In this document: positions 51,098 through 60,598 of the stretch, piece by piece
How positions within the stretch are numbered: the stretch's first letter is position 1
Layout: every line of letters begins with the position of its first letter
Source of the DNA: Lapillicoccus sp.
Lineage (GTDB): Bacteria; Actinomycetota; Actinomycetes; Actinomycetales; Dermatophilaceae
Direction of reading: 5' to 3'
Assembly: GCF_036559105.1 (NCBI RefSeq)
Contig: NZ_DATBTV010000021.1
Span: 1,689-65,688 of the forward strand
DNA length: 64,000 nucleotides
Position numbers and translations under genes: made by a program
Notes under the pieces: generated by a model
Seen by the model: the letters and a program-made list of their open reading frames with translations, nothing else
Database searches by the model: none
What the model was told of the DNA's origin: nothing

Positions 51098-52947
51098 CGG
51101 TCGGCCCCCACGGTCGCCCGCTCTTCGTCGGCGGCGACCGCAGCGCGCTCGGCGGCCTCCCGCGCGTAGGCCGTGACGAGGCGCTGGTACCCGTCGCAGC
51201 GGCCGAGCAGCTCGTCGTGGGTGCCGTGGTCGACGACGCGTCCCTCCTCGAGGTAGACGATGTCGTCGGCGAGGGTGATGGTGGCCATCCGGTAGGCGAC
51301 GACGAGCACGGTCGTCCCGCTGCTGGCCTGCCGGAGCGCGGCGAGGATCTGCTGCTCGACGGCCGGGTCGACCGCCGAGGTCGCGTCGTCGAGGACGAGG
51401 AGCTGGGGCCTGCGGATCACCGCGCGGGCCAGGGCGACCCGCTGACGCTGGCCGCCGGAGAGGCTGGTGCCGCGCTCGCCGACGCGAGTGTCCAAGCCGT
51501 TCGGCAGCTTGCCGACGAACCCGTGGCCCTGGGCGACCCGCAGGGCGGCCCAGACCTCGTCGTCGGTGCGCTCGGTGCCGAGGGTGACGTTGCCGCGGAC
51601 GGTGTCGTCGAACATGAAGGTCTGCTGCGACACCAGGGCGGCCGCCTCGGGAACGCCGCCGCGGCGGACCTCACGCAGGTCGACCCCGTCGAGGCGGACC
51701 TCGCCGGAGTCGGGGTCGACGAGGCGTACGACGAGGTTGGTCAACGTCGACTTGCCGGACCCGGTCGGGCCGACCACGGCCGTGGTGCCGCCGGCGGGGA
51801 TGTCGAGGGTCACGCCGCTGAGGGCGGGGTTGCGCTCGGTGCCGCCGTGCTCGAGGTCGACCTCGTAGGCGTAGGACACGTTCTGCGCCTGAACGGTGCC
51901 CGCGCCCTGGTCAGGAACGGCGGCGGTGCCGTAGGTCATCGACCCGGTGGCGTTGAGGACCCCGTGGACGCGGTCCCAGCCCACGACCGAGCGGGGCATC
52001 TCGGCGAGGACCCAGCCGAGGGCCCGGACGGGGAAGGCGAGGATCGAGAAGAGGTAGGCGATCTGGACGACCTCGGCCGCGGTGATGTGTCCCGTGCCGA
52101 TCCGCCAGGCCCCGACGGCGATGACCGCGAGCGTGCCGATGGTGGGGATGGCCTCGATGGCCGGGTCGAAGACGCCGCGGCTGCGTCCGACGCTGATGTT
52201 GGCGTCGCGCAGCTCCTGGGTGACCGCGGTGAACCGCTCGGCCTCCTGGTCCTCGCGGCCGAGGCTCTTGACGACCAGCGCCGCCTCGAAGCTCTCGTGC
52301 GCGACCTCGGAGACCTCGGCGCGCATCTGCTGGACGCGCGTCACCTTCGGGGACATGGCGCGCTGGAACAGCAGGTTCACCACGAGGAGCATCGGGAAGA
52401 CGGTCAGCCCGATCGCGGCGAGGAACGGGTCGACGAGCACCATCTGGACGGCGGCGAAGACGAGCATGACGACCACGCCGAACGCCATCGGCAGCGGCTG
52501 GAAGACGTTCCACGTCGACTCGACGTCGGAGTTCGCGTTGGACAGCAGCTGGCCGGAAGGGTGCCGGTGGTGCCAGGCGAGCGGGAGGCGCAGGTACTGG
52601 CGGGTGACGCGGCGCCGGTAGGTGGCGCCGAGGTTGTAGACGGCGACACCGGCGGCGACCCGGCGCACGACGATGCCGACGACGTTGACGAGGACCACCG
52701 CCACGAGGATCAGCGCCGCCCGGACCAGGTCGGGGGTCGCGATGGACTGCGCCGCGATCGCCGGGGCGACGGTGTCGTGGACGATCCGCCCGATCACCCA
52801 GGCCGTCCCGACGGTCATGATCCCGTAGACGGTGGCCCCGGCGATGGCCAGGGCGACCCAGCCCTTCTCCTCGCGGACCCCATGACCGATGACCCGCCAC
52901 CCCGCACGCAGGGTGGCGGTGGACGCGACCGGGCCGAGGGTCGACAA
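51094..52947 (-). CDS. ABC exporter, fused permease/ATPase subunit (heterodimer partner)
   Basis: Walker A GPTGSGKST, signature LSGGQRQR, Walker B LLVLDDATS. 4-nt overlap with the downstream partner. Confidence 0.9.
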   Translation of the reverse strand: MSTLGPVASTATLRAGWRVIGHGVREEKGWVALAIAGATVYGIMTVGTAWVIGRIVHDTVAPAIAAQSIATPDLVRAALILVAVVLVNVVGIVVRRVAAGVAVYNLGATYRRRVTRQYLRLPLAWHHRHPSGQLLSNANSDVESTWNVFQPLPMAFGVVVMLVFAAVQMVLVDPFLAAIGLTVFPMLLVVNLLFQRAMSPKVTRVQQMRAEVSEVAHESFEAALVVKSLGREDQEAERFTAVTQELRDANISVGRSRGVFDPAIEAIPTIGTLAVIAVGAWRIGTGHITAAEVVQIAYLFSILAFPVRALGWVLAEMPRSVVGWDRVHGVLNATGSMTYGTAAVPDQGAGTVQAQNVSYAYEVDLEHGGTERNPALSGVTLDIPAGGTTAVVGPTGSGKSTLTNLVVRLVDPDSGEVRLDGVDLREVRRGGVPEAAALVSQQTFMFDDTVRGNVTLGTERTDDEVWAALRVAQGHGFVGKLPNGLDTRVGERGTSLSGGQRQRVALARAVIRRPQLLVLDDATSAVDPAVEQQILAALRQASSGTTVLVVAYRMATITLADDIVYLEEGRVVDHGTHDELLGRCDGYQRLVTAYAREAAERAAVAADEERATVGADR

Positions 52948-53116
52948 CGCAGAGCTCCCTTGTCGGGGGGTGGGGTGGACGGACGAACGTCCGCGCTCTC
53001 GACACTGAGCGGCCTACCGGCATACCGACGAGCAACAGGGCGACGGATGCGTCGGGCACTGGGCGGACGACTTCCTACCTTCTCATGCGCCCCCGACAGG
53101 ACCTCACCCGGTTTCG

Positions 53117-53690
53117 CTACAGGCGCCCAAGACTGGCCGTCCGGCGGCTGGACGCCTCGAGCCAGCGGATCGCGACGAGGCCTACCGCCGCGTACAGGGG
53201 GCCGTCGCCGGCCTCTCGCAGCAGCAGGCCACCCACGTCGCCGAGGCTCGCCCCCGCCACGATCTCGCGAGCGGCCGCGATGTGTGGCTGAGCGGCAGCC
53301 ACGGCGAGACCGCGGCCATCCACGGTGGCAGCGCGCTGACGGCGACGTTGGCCGCCGCTGAACAGCAACAGCACCCCGAACACCATGTTGCCCAGCACCG
53401 CCGTCTCCCGGACGCGCAGCCCGATGGCGGCGGCGACCAGGCCGAGGCCGGTGCACGACGCCGCGCCGACGGCGAGGGTCACCGCGAGCGGACCCCACGA
53501 CGACCACGGAATGGTGACGCCGAGGATCAGGCTGCCGACGACCAGGGTGAACAGCGAGACCAGCCACCCGTTGACGACGACGGGCAGCGACCGGCCCAGG
53601 AACAGCGGCAGCCGAGGTGCCGGCGTGGCCAGGACGATGCCGAGGGTCTGGGTCTGCCGCTCGCCGGCGATGGTGGTGGAGTGAAGGGGG
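53117..53690 (-). pseudogene. 5'-truncated ABC-2 type transporter permease remnant
   Basis: The frame reads ERQTQTLGIVLATPAPRLPLFLGRSL... (like E..GTLE.LL.TP) and ends IAAAREIVAG...LRR-like. There is no canonical start after the MFS stop at 53695. About 100 N-terminal residues are missing, and an internal stretch of about 23 codons matches the family only in the +1 frame. Confidence 0.5.
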
Positions 53691-53694
53691 TGCG

Positions 53695-55068
53695 CTAGGG
53701 CTCGGCGGGGATGTCGGCGGGGATGTCGGCGGGGATGTCGGCGCGGGTGTCGGCGGGGGTGGTGGCCGGGGTGTGCCGGTAGCGGATCGCCACGCAGAAC
53801 GACGCGGCCACGACGCACAGGGCGCCGGCGACGTACCAGGCCAGGTCGTAGGTCCCCAGCTGGTCGTGCACGACGCCCGCCCCGAACGCGGCGGCCGCGG
53901 CACCCATCTGGTGCGCCGAGAAGACCCACCCGAACACGACCGGCCCGCGCTCTCCGAAGGCGTTGCGGCACAACGCCATCGTCGGCGGGACGGTCGCGAC
54001 CCAGTCGAGGCCGTAGAACAGGATGAACGCCAGCATGCTGACGTGGACCTCGTCGCCGAACAGCGACGGCAGCAGGAACAGCGAGGCGCCGCGCAGCGTG
54101 TAGTACATCGCCAGGAGGAACCGCGGGTCGTACCGGTCGGTGAGCCACCCCGAGAAGATCGTCCCGACGATGTCGAAGATCCCGACCACTGCGAGCAGCG
54201 ACGCGGCCGTGGTCTGCGGCATCCCGTGGTCGTGCGCGGCGGGGATGAAGTGGGTCCCGACCAGCCCGTTGGTGGAGGCGCCGCAGACCGCGAACGACCC
54301 GACGAGCAGCCAGAACACGCCCCGTCGGCCGGCGATCCGCAGCCCGTCCACGGCCATCCGCGCCGGGTTGTAGGGGAGCGGCGCCTTGATGCTCACCCGC
54401 TCGTCGGCCGGCGCTCCGTAGGCGGTGAGGCCGAGGTCGCGCGGGTGGTCGTGGAACCGCCACAGCACCAGCGGGACGACGAGCAGGGCACCGGTCGCCG
54501 TCGCGATCGCCGCAGAGCGCCACCCGTGGTTCTCGGCCAGCCACGCGAGGAACGGCAGGAACAACAGCTGCCCGGTCGCCCCGGCCGCGGTCAGCACGCC
54601 GCTGACCAGGCCACGTCTCGCCACGAACCAGCGCGCGGTGACGACCGCCACCAGCGACATCGACATCGCCCCGGTGCCCAGCCCCACGAGCAGGCCCCAG
54701 CAGAGGATGAGCTGCCACGACGCCGTCATCCAGATCGGCAGGATCGACCCGACACTGACGAGGACCAGCGCGCAGGCCACGACCCGCCGGATCCCGAACC
54801 GCTCCATCAGCGCCGCGGAGAACGGCGCCGTCAGACCGAACAGCACGAGGTTCACCGAGACGGCGAGCCCGATCAACCCGACCGGCCAGCCGAACTCCTC
54901 GTGAAGCGGGGTGATGAGCACGCCCGGCGTCGACCGGAACCCGGCCGCGCCGATCGCGGTGAGGAAAGCGACGAGGGCGACCCACCACGCCGGGTGGATC
55001 CGCGGCGTCGGGCGCGGCCGCCCGCCGGGCCGGCCCAGCTCCTCCAGTGAGGCGTCGGTCGTCGTCAC
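53695..55068 (-). CDS. MFS transporter (OFA/YhjX-like)
   Basis: 457 aa with 12 TM segments. MERFGIRRV loop motif. Repetitive C-terminal tail ADIPADIPADIPADIPAEP. Confidence 0.85.
   Translation of the reverse strand: MTTTDASLEELGRPGGRPRPTPRIHPAWWVALVAFLTAIGAAGFRSTPGVLITPLHEEFGWPVGLIGLAVSVNLVLFGLTAPFSAALMERFGIRRVVACALVLVSVGSILPIWMTASWQLILCWGLLVGLGTGAMSMSLVAVVTARWFVARRGLVSGVLTAAGATGQLLFLPFLAWLAENHGWRSAAIATATGALLVVPLVLWRFHDHPRDLGLTAYGAPADERVSIKAPLPYNPARMAVDGLRIAGRRGVFWLLVGSFAVCGASTNGLVGTHFIPAAHDHGMPQTTAASLLAVVGIFDIVGTIFSGWLTDRYDPRFLLAMYYTLRGASLFLLPSLFGDEVHVSMLAFILFYGLDWVATVPPTMALCRNAFGERGPVVFGWVFSAHQMGAAAAAFGAGVVHDQLGTYDLAWYVAGALCVVAASFCVAIRYRHTPATTPADTRADIPADIPADIPAEP
53704..53763. repeat. 12-bp tandem repeat, about 5 copies (GGCGGGGATGTC)
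   Basis: Encodes the (ADIP)n tail of the MFS protein. Confidence 0.8.
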
Positions 55069-55139
55069 GACCCCACTCTGTCGGACCGCCCGCAGCGAAC
55101 AGAAGTGGCTCGAAGGACAGGATGTGCAAAGATCCGGCC

Positions 55140-56183
55140 ATGACCTCAGGAGCGACGGTCACCCGCCTGGTCACCGGTGACCCGCCCCCGCACCGCGTCG
55201 TGGTGTTCGCGCTCCCGAGCGTGGTGGCGTTCGAGCTCGGTCTGCCCCACCGCTTCTTCGCGGCGAGCTCGATCGACCCGGCCTGGACCGGAGCCGGCGC
55301 CTACACCCCGAGCCGCGCCCCGGCGTACGAGGTGCTCACCGTCACCGTCGACGACGGCCCGGTCACGACGTCCGCGGGGTACCAGGTCACCCCGACCCAC
55401 CCGAACACCGTGCTGGCGACCGCCGACACCATCGTCATCCCGGGCATCGTGGACCGGTATGCGGGCGGGGACGGCGCCCTCCCGGCCGACGTCGCCGCAC
55501 TGCTCGCGACGGCGCGACCGGGGGTGCGGTGGGTGTCGATCTGCACCGGCGCCTTCGTCCTGGCCGGCGCCGGGCTGCTCGACGGGCTGGAGGCGACGAC
55601 GCACTGGGCGCACGCCGAGCACTTCCGGCGGCTGTTCCCCCGCGTCCTGCTCAACGAGGACGTCCTCTACATCGACAACGGCGACATCCTCACCTCGGCC
55701 GGCAACGCGGCGGGGATCGACCTGCTGCTGCACATCCTGCGGCGCGACCTCGGTTCGGACACGGCCAACCGGGTCGCCCGCGGTGCGGTCGTGGCGCCGT
55801 GGCGGGCGGGCGGACAGGCGCAGTTCATCGAGCGGCCGGTCCCCGAGGCCGGCGACGAGGGCACCGGCCCGGCGCGGTCCTGGGTGCTGGACCACCTGGA
55901 CGAGCCGGTGAGCCTCACCTCGCTGGCGGCCCGGGTGGGGATGAGCGTGCGGACGTTCACCCGCCGCTTCCGCGAGGAGACCGGCGAGACCGCTGGGACG
56001 TGGCTGCTGCGGGTCCGCGTCGACCACGCGCGGCACCTGCTCGAGACCACGGACCTCCCCGTGGACCGGGTGGCGGAACGGTCCGGGTTCGGGACGGCGG
56101 CCTCGCTCCGGCAACACCTCACGGCGGCGGTCGGTATGCCACCGCTGGCCTACCGCCGTACCTACCGCGCCGAGGGAGCATGA
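55140..56183 (+). CDS. GlxA family (DJ-1/PfpI + AraC HTH) transcriptional regulator
   Basis: Start at ATG 55140. VSICTGAFVLAGAGLLDG (DJ-1 nucleophile elbow). The AraC HTH RTFTRRFREETGETAGTWLLRVRVDHARHLLETTD. Divergent from the MFS gene. Confidence 0.85.
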   Translation: MTSGATVTRLVTGDPPPHRVVVFALPSVVAFELGLPHRFFAASSIDPAWTGAGAYTPSRAPAYEVLTVTVDDGPVTTSAGYQVTPTHPNTVLATADTIVIPGIVDRYAGGDGALPADVAALLATARPGVRWVSICTGAFVLAGAGLLDGLEATTHWAHAEHFRRLFPRVLLNEDVLYIDNGDILTSAGNAAGIDLLLHILRRDLGSDTANRVARGAVVAPWRAGGQAQFIERPVPEAGDEGTGPARSWVLDHLDEPVSLTSLAARVGMSVRTFTRRFREETGETAGTWLLRVRVDHARHLLETTDLPVDRVAERSGFGTAASLRQHLTAAVGMPPLAYRRTYRAEGA

Positions 56184-56187
56184 CCCC

Positions 56188-56904
56188 GTGACCGACGTCC
56201 AGGATGCTCTCGACCTGGCCCACGGCGTCGTCCAACGGGTCGACTTCGGCTACTTCGTCCGGCCGTCGACGGAGGCCGAGACCGGCGCGCCCCGGGTCGA
56301 GCCGTTGCTCGGCTACGTCGTCCGGGCCGGCGACGCGGTGCTGCTCGTCGACACGGGGATGGGCTCGCATCCCGAGGTCGACGCCCACTACCGGCCCCGG
56401 CGGCGCTCGCTCCCGGAGGCGTTGGCACCGCTGGCGATGCGGCCGAACGACGTGACCCACGTGGCGAACTGCCACCTCCACTTCGACCACTGCGGGGGGA
56501 ACCCCGCGCTGGGCGGGCTGCCGGTGTTCGTCCAGCGCACCGAGCTCGCCGCGGCGCGGACCACCGAGGACTACACGCTTCCCGAGCTGCTCGACGGGTC
56601 GGACTTCGTCGAGCTCGACGGCGAGGCCGAGATCGTGCCGGGGGTCCTCGTGGTGCCGACCCCCGGGCACACCGACGGGCACCAGTCGTTCGTCGTCCGG
56701 CTGGCCGACGGGTCGGTCGTCGTCGCGGGCCAGAGCCATGACACGACGACGGCGTATGCGGCGGACGTGATGGCGCTGCGGGCGCACCGCGACGGGCACC
56801 CTCCGCCGCTCCCGGAGCCGCGGGGGGCGTGGGTGGCCCGGATCCTGGAGCTGGACCCGAGGATGGTGGTCCTCGCGCACGACCACTCGGTATGGGTGCC
56901 GTGA
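56188..56904 (+). CDS. MBL-fold metallo-hydrolase (N-acyl homoserine lactonase-like)
   Basis: HxHxDH as NCHLHFDHCGG, later TPGHTDGH and LAHDH. Confidence 0.75.
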   Translation: MTDVQDALDLAHGVVQRVDFGYFVRPSTEAETGAPRVEPLLGYVVRAGDAVLLVDTGMGSHPEVDAHYRPRRRSLPEALAPLAMRPNDVTHVANCHLHFDHCGGNPALGGLPVFVQRTELAAARTTEDYTLPELLDGSDFVELDGEAEIVPGVLVVPTPGHTDGHQSFVVRLADGSVVVAGQSHDTTTAYAADVMALRAHRDGHPPPLPEPRGAWVARILELDPRMVVLAHDHSVWVP

Positions 56905-56980
56905 CGGCGACGGCGCTCGGGACGGCCCCCAGCTCGCTCCCTGCCTCGCGCGGACCCAGCGGGGCGCTCGACGGATGAGA

Positions 56981-57020
56981 GCGGAGGGTTCTGGCCCTTC
57001 CGAGGGCCACAACCCTCCGC
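56981..57020. terminator. extended hairpin between convergent genes
   Basis: GCGGAGGGTT-C-TGGCCCT-TCCG-AGGGCCA-C-AACCCTCCGC. Confidence 0.5.
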
Positions 57021-57059
57021 GCAGGCGCCGGCGGTCGGAGATGACGGTCACCGGGGTCG

Positions 57060-57575
57060 TCAGGGCAGGTCGACCCAGTAACGGCGCTTGCCGCCGCGAA
57101 TGTCCTCCATGACCCCGCCGTTGCGCTCGATGACCGAGGCGGACGCGACGTTGGTGTCGTCGCAGGTGATCAGGACCCGGTCGATGCCGAGGCGGCGGCA
57201 CTCCTCCAGGGCGAGCGCGGTGGCGGCGGTCGCATACCCCTGGCCACGCTCGAGCGGCCGGATCGCGTAGCCGATGTGGCCCCCGAGCTCCAGCAGATAG
57301 CCGTTCAGCTCGTGCCGGACCGAGAGGAACCCGACGAGCCGGCCGTCGACGGCGACCCACCGGGTGGTGCTGGCGACCAGGTCCGCCGGTACCCGCGAGC
57401 CGCGCTCGTGGTCGAGCAACATGTCGACCCAGGCGCGGAACACCTCGGGGTCGCGCAGCTCGTCGACGGTCTGCGAACCCATGGCGCCGCCGTCGATCCG
57501 GTCGCGGCCGAACTCCTCGGCCATCGCCAGCCACTCGCCGTGCCGCGAGGCGTCGGGGCGGACCGGCTCGAGCAT
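57060..57575 (-). CDS. GNAT family N-acetyltransferase
   Basis: 171 aa. IRPLERGQGYATAATALALEECRRLGIDRVLITCDDTNVASASVIERNGG. Confidence 0.75.
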   Translation of the reverse strand: MLEPVRPDASRHGEWLAMAEEFGRDRIDGGAMGSQTVDELRDPEVFRAWVDMLLDHERGSRVPADLVASTTRWVAVDGRLVGFLSVRHELNGYLLELGGHIGYAIRPLERGQGYATAATALALEECRRLGIDRVLITCDDTNVASASVIERNGGVMEDIRGGKRRYWVDLP

Positions 57576-57636
57576 CCGGCCAGCGTAGGAGGACGCCCGA
57601 TGCGGCTCCGGCAGGGGCCTTTGACAGGATGGCCGG

Positions 57637-58278
57637 ATGACCTCCTACGCGCAGCAGGAGCGGTCCGCGATCAGCGACTCGTTCCTGCGCCTCGGCCCCG
57701 ACGCCCCCACGATCGACGACCCGTGGCTGGCTCGTGACCTCGCGGCCCACCTTGCGATCCGGGACTCGCGACCGGATCTCAGCGCGGGGCAGTACTTTTC
57801 GGCACTGCGCGGACGACTCGACGACGCGATGCGCAAACTCGCAGCGACCGACTTCGTCGAGCTCGTCGAGCGGGTCCGAGAGGGACCCCCCGGCTGGTCG
57901 GCGGCCCGCATCGCCCGCGTGGACGAGGTCGTCAACGGCGGCGAGTTCTTCATCCACCACGAGGACCTGCTGCGCGGGACGCCGGGGTTCGAGCGGCGCC
58001 GGCTCGACGTCGGACACGAGCGCTTCCTCTGGGACATGCTCAAGCGCGGCTCCCGCCTGTACTTCCGCCAGGTGCCCGTCGGCGTCGTCCTCGTCGCAGA
58101 GGGCCACGGCCGGTACGCCGCCAGGAAACCTACCGACAACGGCACCGCCGTCCTGCGCGGTCGCCCGGGCGAGCTGGTCATGTACGCGGCGGGTCGCGCG
58201 CGGGTGGCAGAGGTCGAGCTCGACGGCCCGCCGGAGGCCGTCGCCGAGATGGAGGCGGCGCGGCTCGGACTGTCCTAG
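57637..58278 (+). CDS. TIGR03085-like DinB/mycothiol-dependent maleylpyruvate isomerase family protein
   Basis: ERSAISDSFLRLGPDAPT...ARDLAAHLAIRDSRPD...FFIHHEDL pattern. Confidence 0.6.
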   Translation: MTSYAQQERSAISDSFLRLGPDAPTIDDPWLARDLAAHLAIRDSRPDLSAGQYFSALRGRLDDAMRKLAATDFVELVERVREGPPGWSAARIARVDEVVNGGEFFIHHEDLLRGTPGFERRRLDVGHERFLWDMLKRGSRLYFRQVPVGVVLVAEGHGRYAARKPTDNGTAVLRGRPGELVMYAAGRARVAEVELDGPPEAVAEMEAARLGLS

Positions 58279-58316
58279 CTCGCTCGACACAACGCCGGTC
58301 TGCGTGAGTGCCGGCG

Positions 58317-59090
58317 TCAGCGGACGGTCACACCCGCCTCGCGCATCGCCGCCTTGACCTCGCTCACGGTCAGGTCGCCGAAGTGGAAGACGCTCGCCGC
58401 CAGGACGGCGTCCGCGCCGGCGGCCACCGCCGGCGCGAAGTCGTCGGCCTTCCCCGCTCCCCCGCTGGCGACGATCGGCACGTGAACCGCCTCTCGTACC
58501 AACCGGATCAGCTCCAGGTCGAACCCGTCCCGCGTCCCGTCGGCGTCCATCGAGTTGAGCAGGATCTCCCCCGCGCCGAGCTCCGCCGCCCGCGCGCACC
58601 ACTCGACCGCATCGAGGTCGACCGCCGTCCGGCCGCCGTGCGTGGTCATGACGAAGTCACCGGTCGGCCACCCGTCGTCCCCACGCCGTCGCCGCACATC
58701 GGCCGACAGCACGAGGACCTGCGACCCGAACCGGTCGGCGATCTCCGCCACCAGCTCCGGCCGCGCGATCGCCGCCGTGTTGACGCCCACCTTGTCGGCA
58801 CCGGCCCGCAGCAGCCGGTCCACGTCGGCCACCGAGCGGACCCCGCCGCCCACGGTCAGCGGGATGAACACCTGCTCCGCCGTGCGGGTCACCACGTCGT
58901 ACGTCGTCTGCCGGTCACCGCTGCTCGCCGTCACGTCGAGGAAGGTCAGCTCGTCGACGCCCTGGCCGTCGTAGACCATGGCCAGCTCGACCGGGTCGCC
59001 GGCGTCGCGGAGGTTCTCGAAGTTGACGCCCTTGACCACGCGGCCGGCGTCCACGTCGAGGCACGCGATGACGCGAGTGGCGACGCTCAT
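58317..59090 (-). CDS. hisF: imidazole glycerol phosphate synthase cyclase subunit
   Basis: Start at ATG 59090 ([21 protein letters not shown]). [27 protein letters not shown]. Confidence 0.95.
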   Translation of the reverse strand: MSVATRVIACLDVDAGRVVKGVNFENLRDAGDPVELAMVYDGQGVDELTFLDVTASSGDRQTTYDVVTRTAEQVFIPLTVGGGVRSVADVDRLLRAGADKVGVNTAAIARPELVAEIADRFGSQVLVLSADVRRRRGDDGWPTGDFVMTTHGGRTAVDLDAVEWCARAAELGAGEILLNSMDADGTRDGFDLELIRLVREAVHVPIVASGGAGKADDFAPAVAAGADAVLAASVFHFGDLTVSEVKAAMREAGVTVR

Positions 59091-59126
59091 GGCGTCACGG
59101 TACCCAGCCCCCGCTACCCTCCCCGC

Positions 59127-59699
59127 GTGCCTCTCGCCACCCGGGACCCCGCTGCCTCCGTCGCGGAGGCGGTCCGGCTGGCCGGCGTCCGGGAGCCCCG
59201 CTGCGGCCCGGTCCGGCTGATCGCGGTCGACGGTCCGAGCGGGTCGGGCAAGTCCACCCTCGGTGCCGCGATCGGGGCCGCCCTCGACGCACCCGTGGTC
59301 CACATGGATGACATCTACCCCGGCTGGGACGGCCTGGCCGACGCCGTCCCTCTCGTGACCACGCAGGTCCTCGAGCCCCTCGCCGTCCGCCGGCCCGCCG
59401 CATACCGGCGGTGGGACTGGGTCCGGCAACGCTGGAGCAGCCGCCGCGTCCCCGTGACCCCGTCGCCCCTGCTGGTCCTCGAGGGCGTCGGCTCGAGCGT
59501 GCTGCCGGCCGGTGACTACGCCGCGGTAAGCGTGTGGGTCGAGGCCGACCGCGCGGTGCGGTTCGCACGAGGCATCGACCGCGACGGCGAAGGCTACCGG
59601 CCGCACTGGGAGCGCTGGGCCCGCCAGGAGGAGGCCCTCTTCGCGGCCGACCGGACCCGCGACCGCGCCGACGTCGTCCTCGACACCACCGCCCTCTAG
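59127..59699 (+). CDS. P-loop NTPase, uridine-kinase-like
   Basis: Start provisionally at GTG 59127. Walker [12 protein letters not shown], then LLVLEGVG. 4-nt overlap with the convergent hydrolase stop. Confidence 0.55.
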   Translation: MPLATRDPAASVAEAVRLAGVREPRCGPVRLIAVDGPSGSGKSTLGAAIGAALDAPVVHMDDIYPGWDGLADAVPLVTTQVLEPLAVRRPAAYRRWDWVRQRWSSRRVPVTPSPLLVLEGVGSSVLPAGDYAAVSVWVEADRAVRFARGIDRDGEGYRPHWERWARQEEALFAADRTRDRADVVLDTTAL

Positions 59700-60508
59700 G
59701 CCCGCTCCGGCGCCATGGCCGCCTCGACGAAGGTGGCCAGCTCAGCCGCCATCGCCTCGGGCACCCACATGTGGTTCGCGCCGGGCAACGCCCGCTGGAC
59801 TGCGTTCGGCACGGCCGCGCAGATGGCGTCCGCCGAGACGAGCATCTCGGGGTAGGTCTGCTCCCCGTAGGTGACCTCGATCGGCAGGGCCGCGTCGGCG
59901 AGCCTCGCCAGCAGCTCGGCCATCGAGGCGGACGACGACCAGACCATCGCCTCGCCGTCCGCCCGCATGCTCGGCACTCCCGCAAGCGTCTCGGCGTAGT
60001 TCGGGCTGCGCCGGGCGCCTTCGAGCCACTCTGGCGGCATGTAGCGCATATAGGTGGCCAACGCGCCGTCGAAGTCATCGGCGTCCACCAGGCGCTCGTA
60101 GTCCCCGATCCATTCGGCCGTGGACCCGTCTGGAGCCCCGAGCGGCGCTTCCCAGAGCATCAGCCCGGCCACGCGGGGGTCGTGCGTCGCCGCGTACGCC
60201 GAGATCCAGCTGCCCGACGAGTGGCCGCAGAGCACGGCCCGGCCGCCGACTCGCTCGATGAGGCCGGCGAGCACGGCCAGCTCGCGGTCCAGCCCGAGTC
60301 GGCCCTCCGCCGGGCTCTCGCCGCGGCCCAACCGGTCGTAGACCACCGTCGTAAGCCCGACGGCAGCCGCCCGCTCAGCGGTCTCGGTCGTCCAGGGGTC
60401 GACCGCGCGGTGCGGCCCGGCGCCCGCGACGAAGACCACCGCCGGTCCGCTGCCGCGCTGGTCGTAGGCCACGCTGTCGCCCATGGCGGTCGTCAAGAGC
60501 TCGGACAT
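59696..60508 (-). CDS. alpha/beta hydrolase
   Basis: Start at ATG 60508. VVFVAGAG oxyanion region and nucleophile elbow GHSSG. Confidence 0.8.
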   Translation of the reverse strand: MSELLTTAMGDSVAYDQRGSGPAVVFVAGAGPHRAVDPWTTETAERAAAVGLTTVVYDRLGRGESPAEGRLGLDRELAVLAGLIERVGGRAVLCGHSSGSWISAYAATHDPRVAGLMLWEAPLGAPDGSTAEWIGDYERLVDADDFDGALATYMRYMPPEWLEGARRSPNYAETLAGVPSMRADGEAMVWSSSASMAELLARLADAALPIEVTYGEQTYPEMLVSADAICAAVPNAVQRALPGANHMWVPEAMAAELATFVEAAMAPERA

Positions 60509-60528
60509 CCCTCGCACCTCCATATTGA

Positions 60529-60571
60529 ACTGGACTGTCCAGTCCATTTGGATCAAACTAGACTGACTAGT
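60529..60571. promoter_or_regulatory. two related palindromic operator candidates in the TetR/hydrolase divergent intergenic region
   Basis: ACTGGAC-T-GTCCAGT (60529-60543, perfect) and ACTAGAC-T-GACTAGT (60557-60571, imperfect), centres 28 bp apart, in the AT-richest stretch nearby. Confidence 0.45.
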
Positions 60572-60598
60572 ACAGCCCGTCAACCCCAGGGGTCCGCC

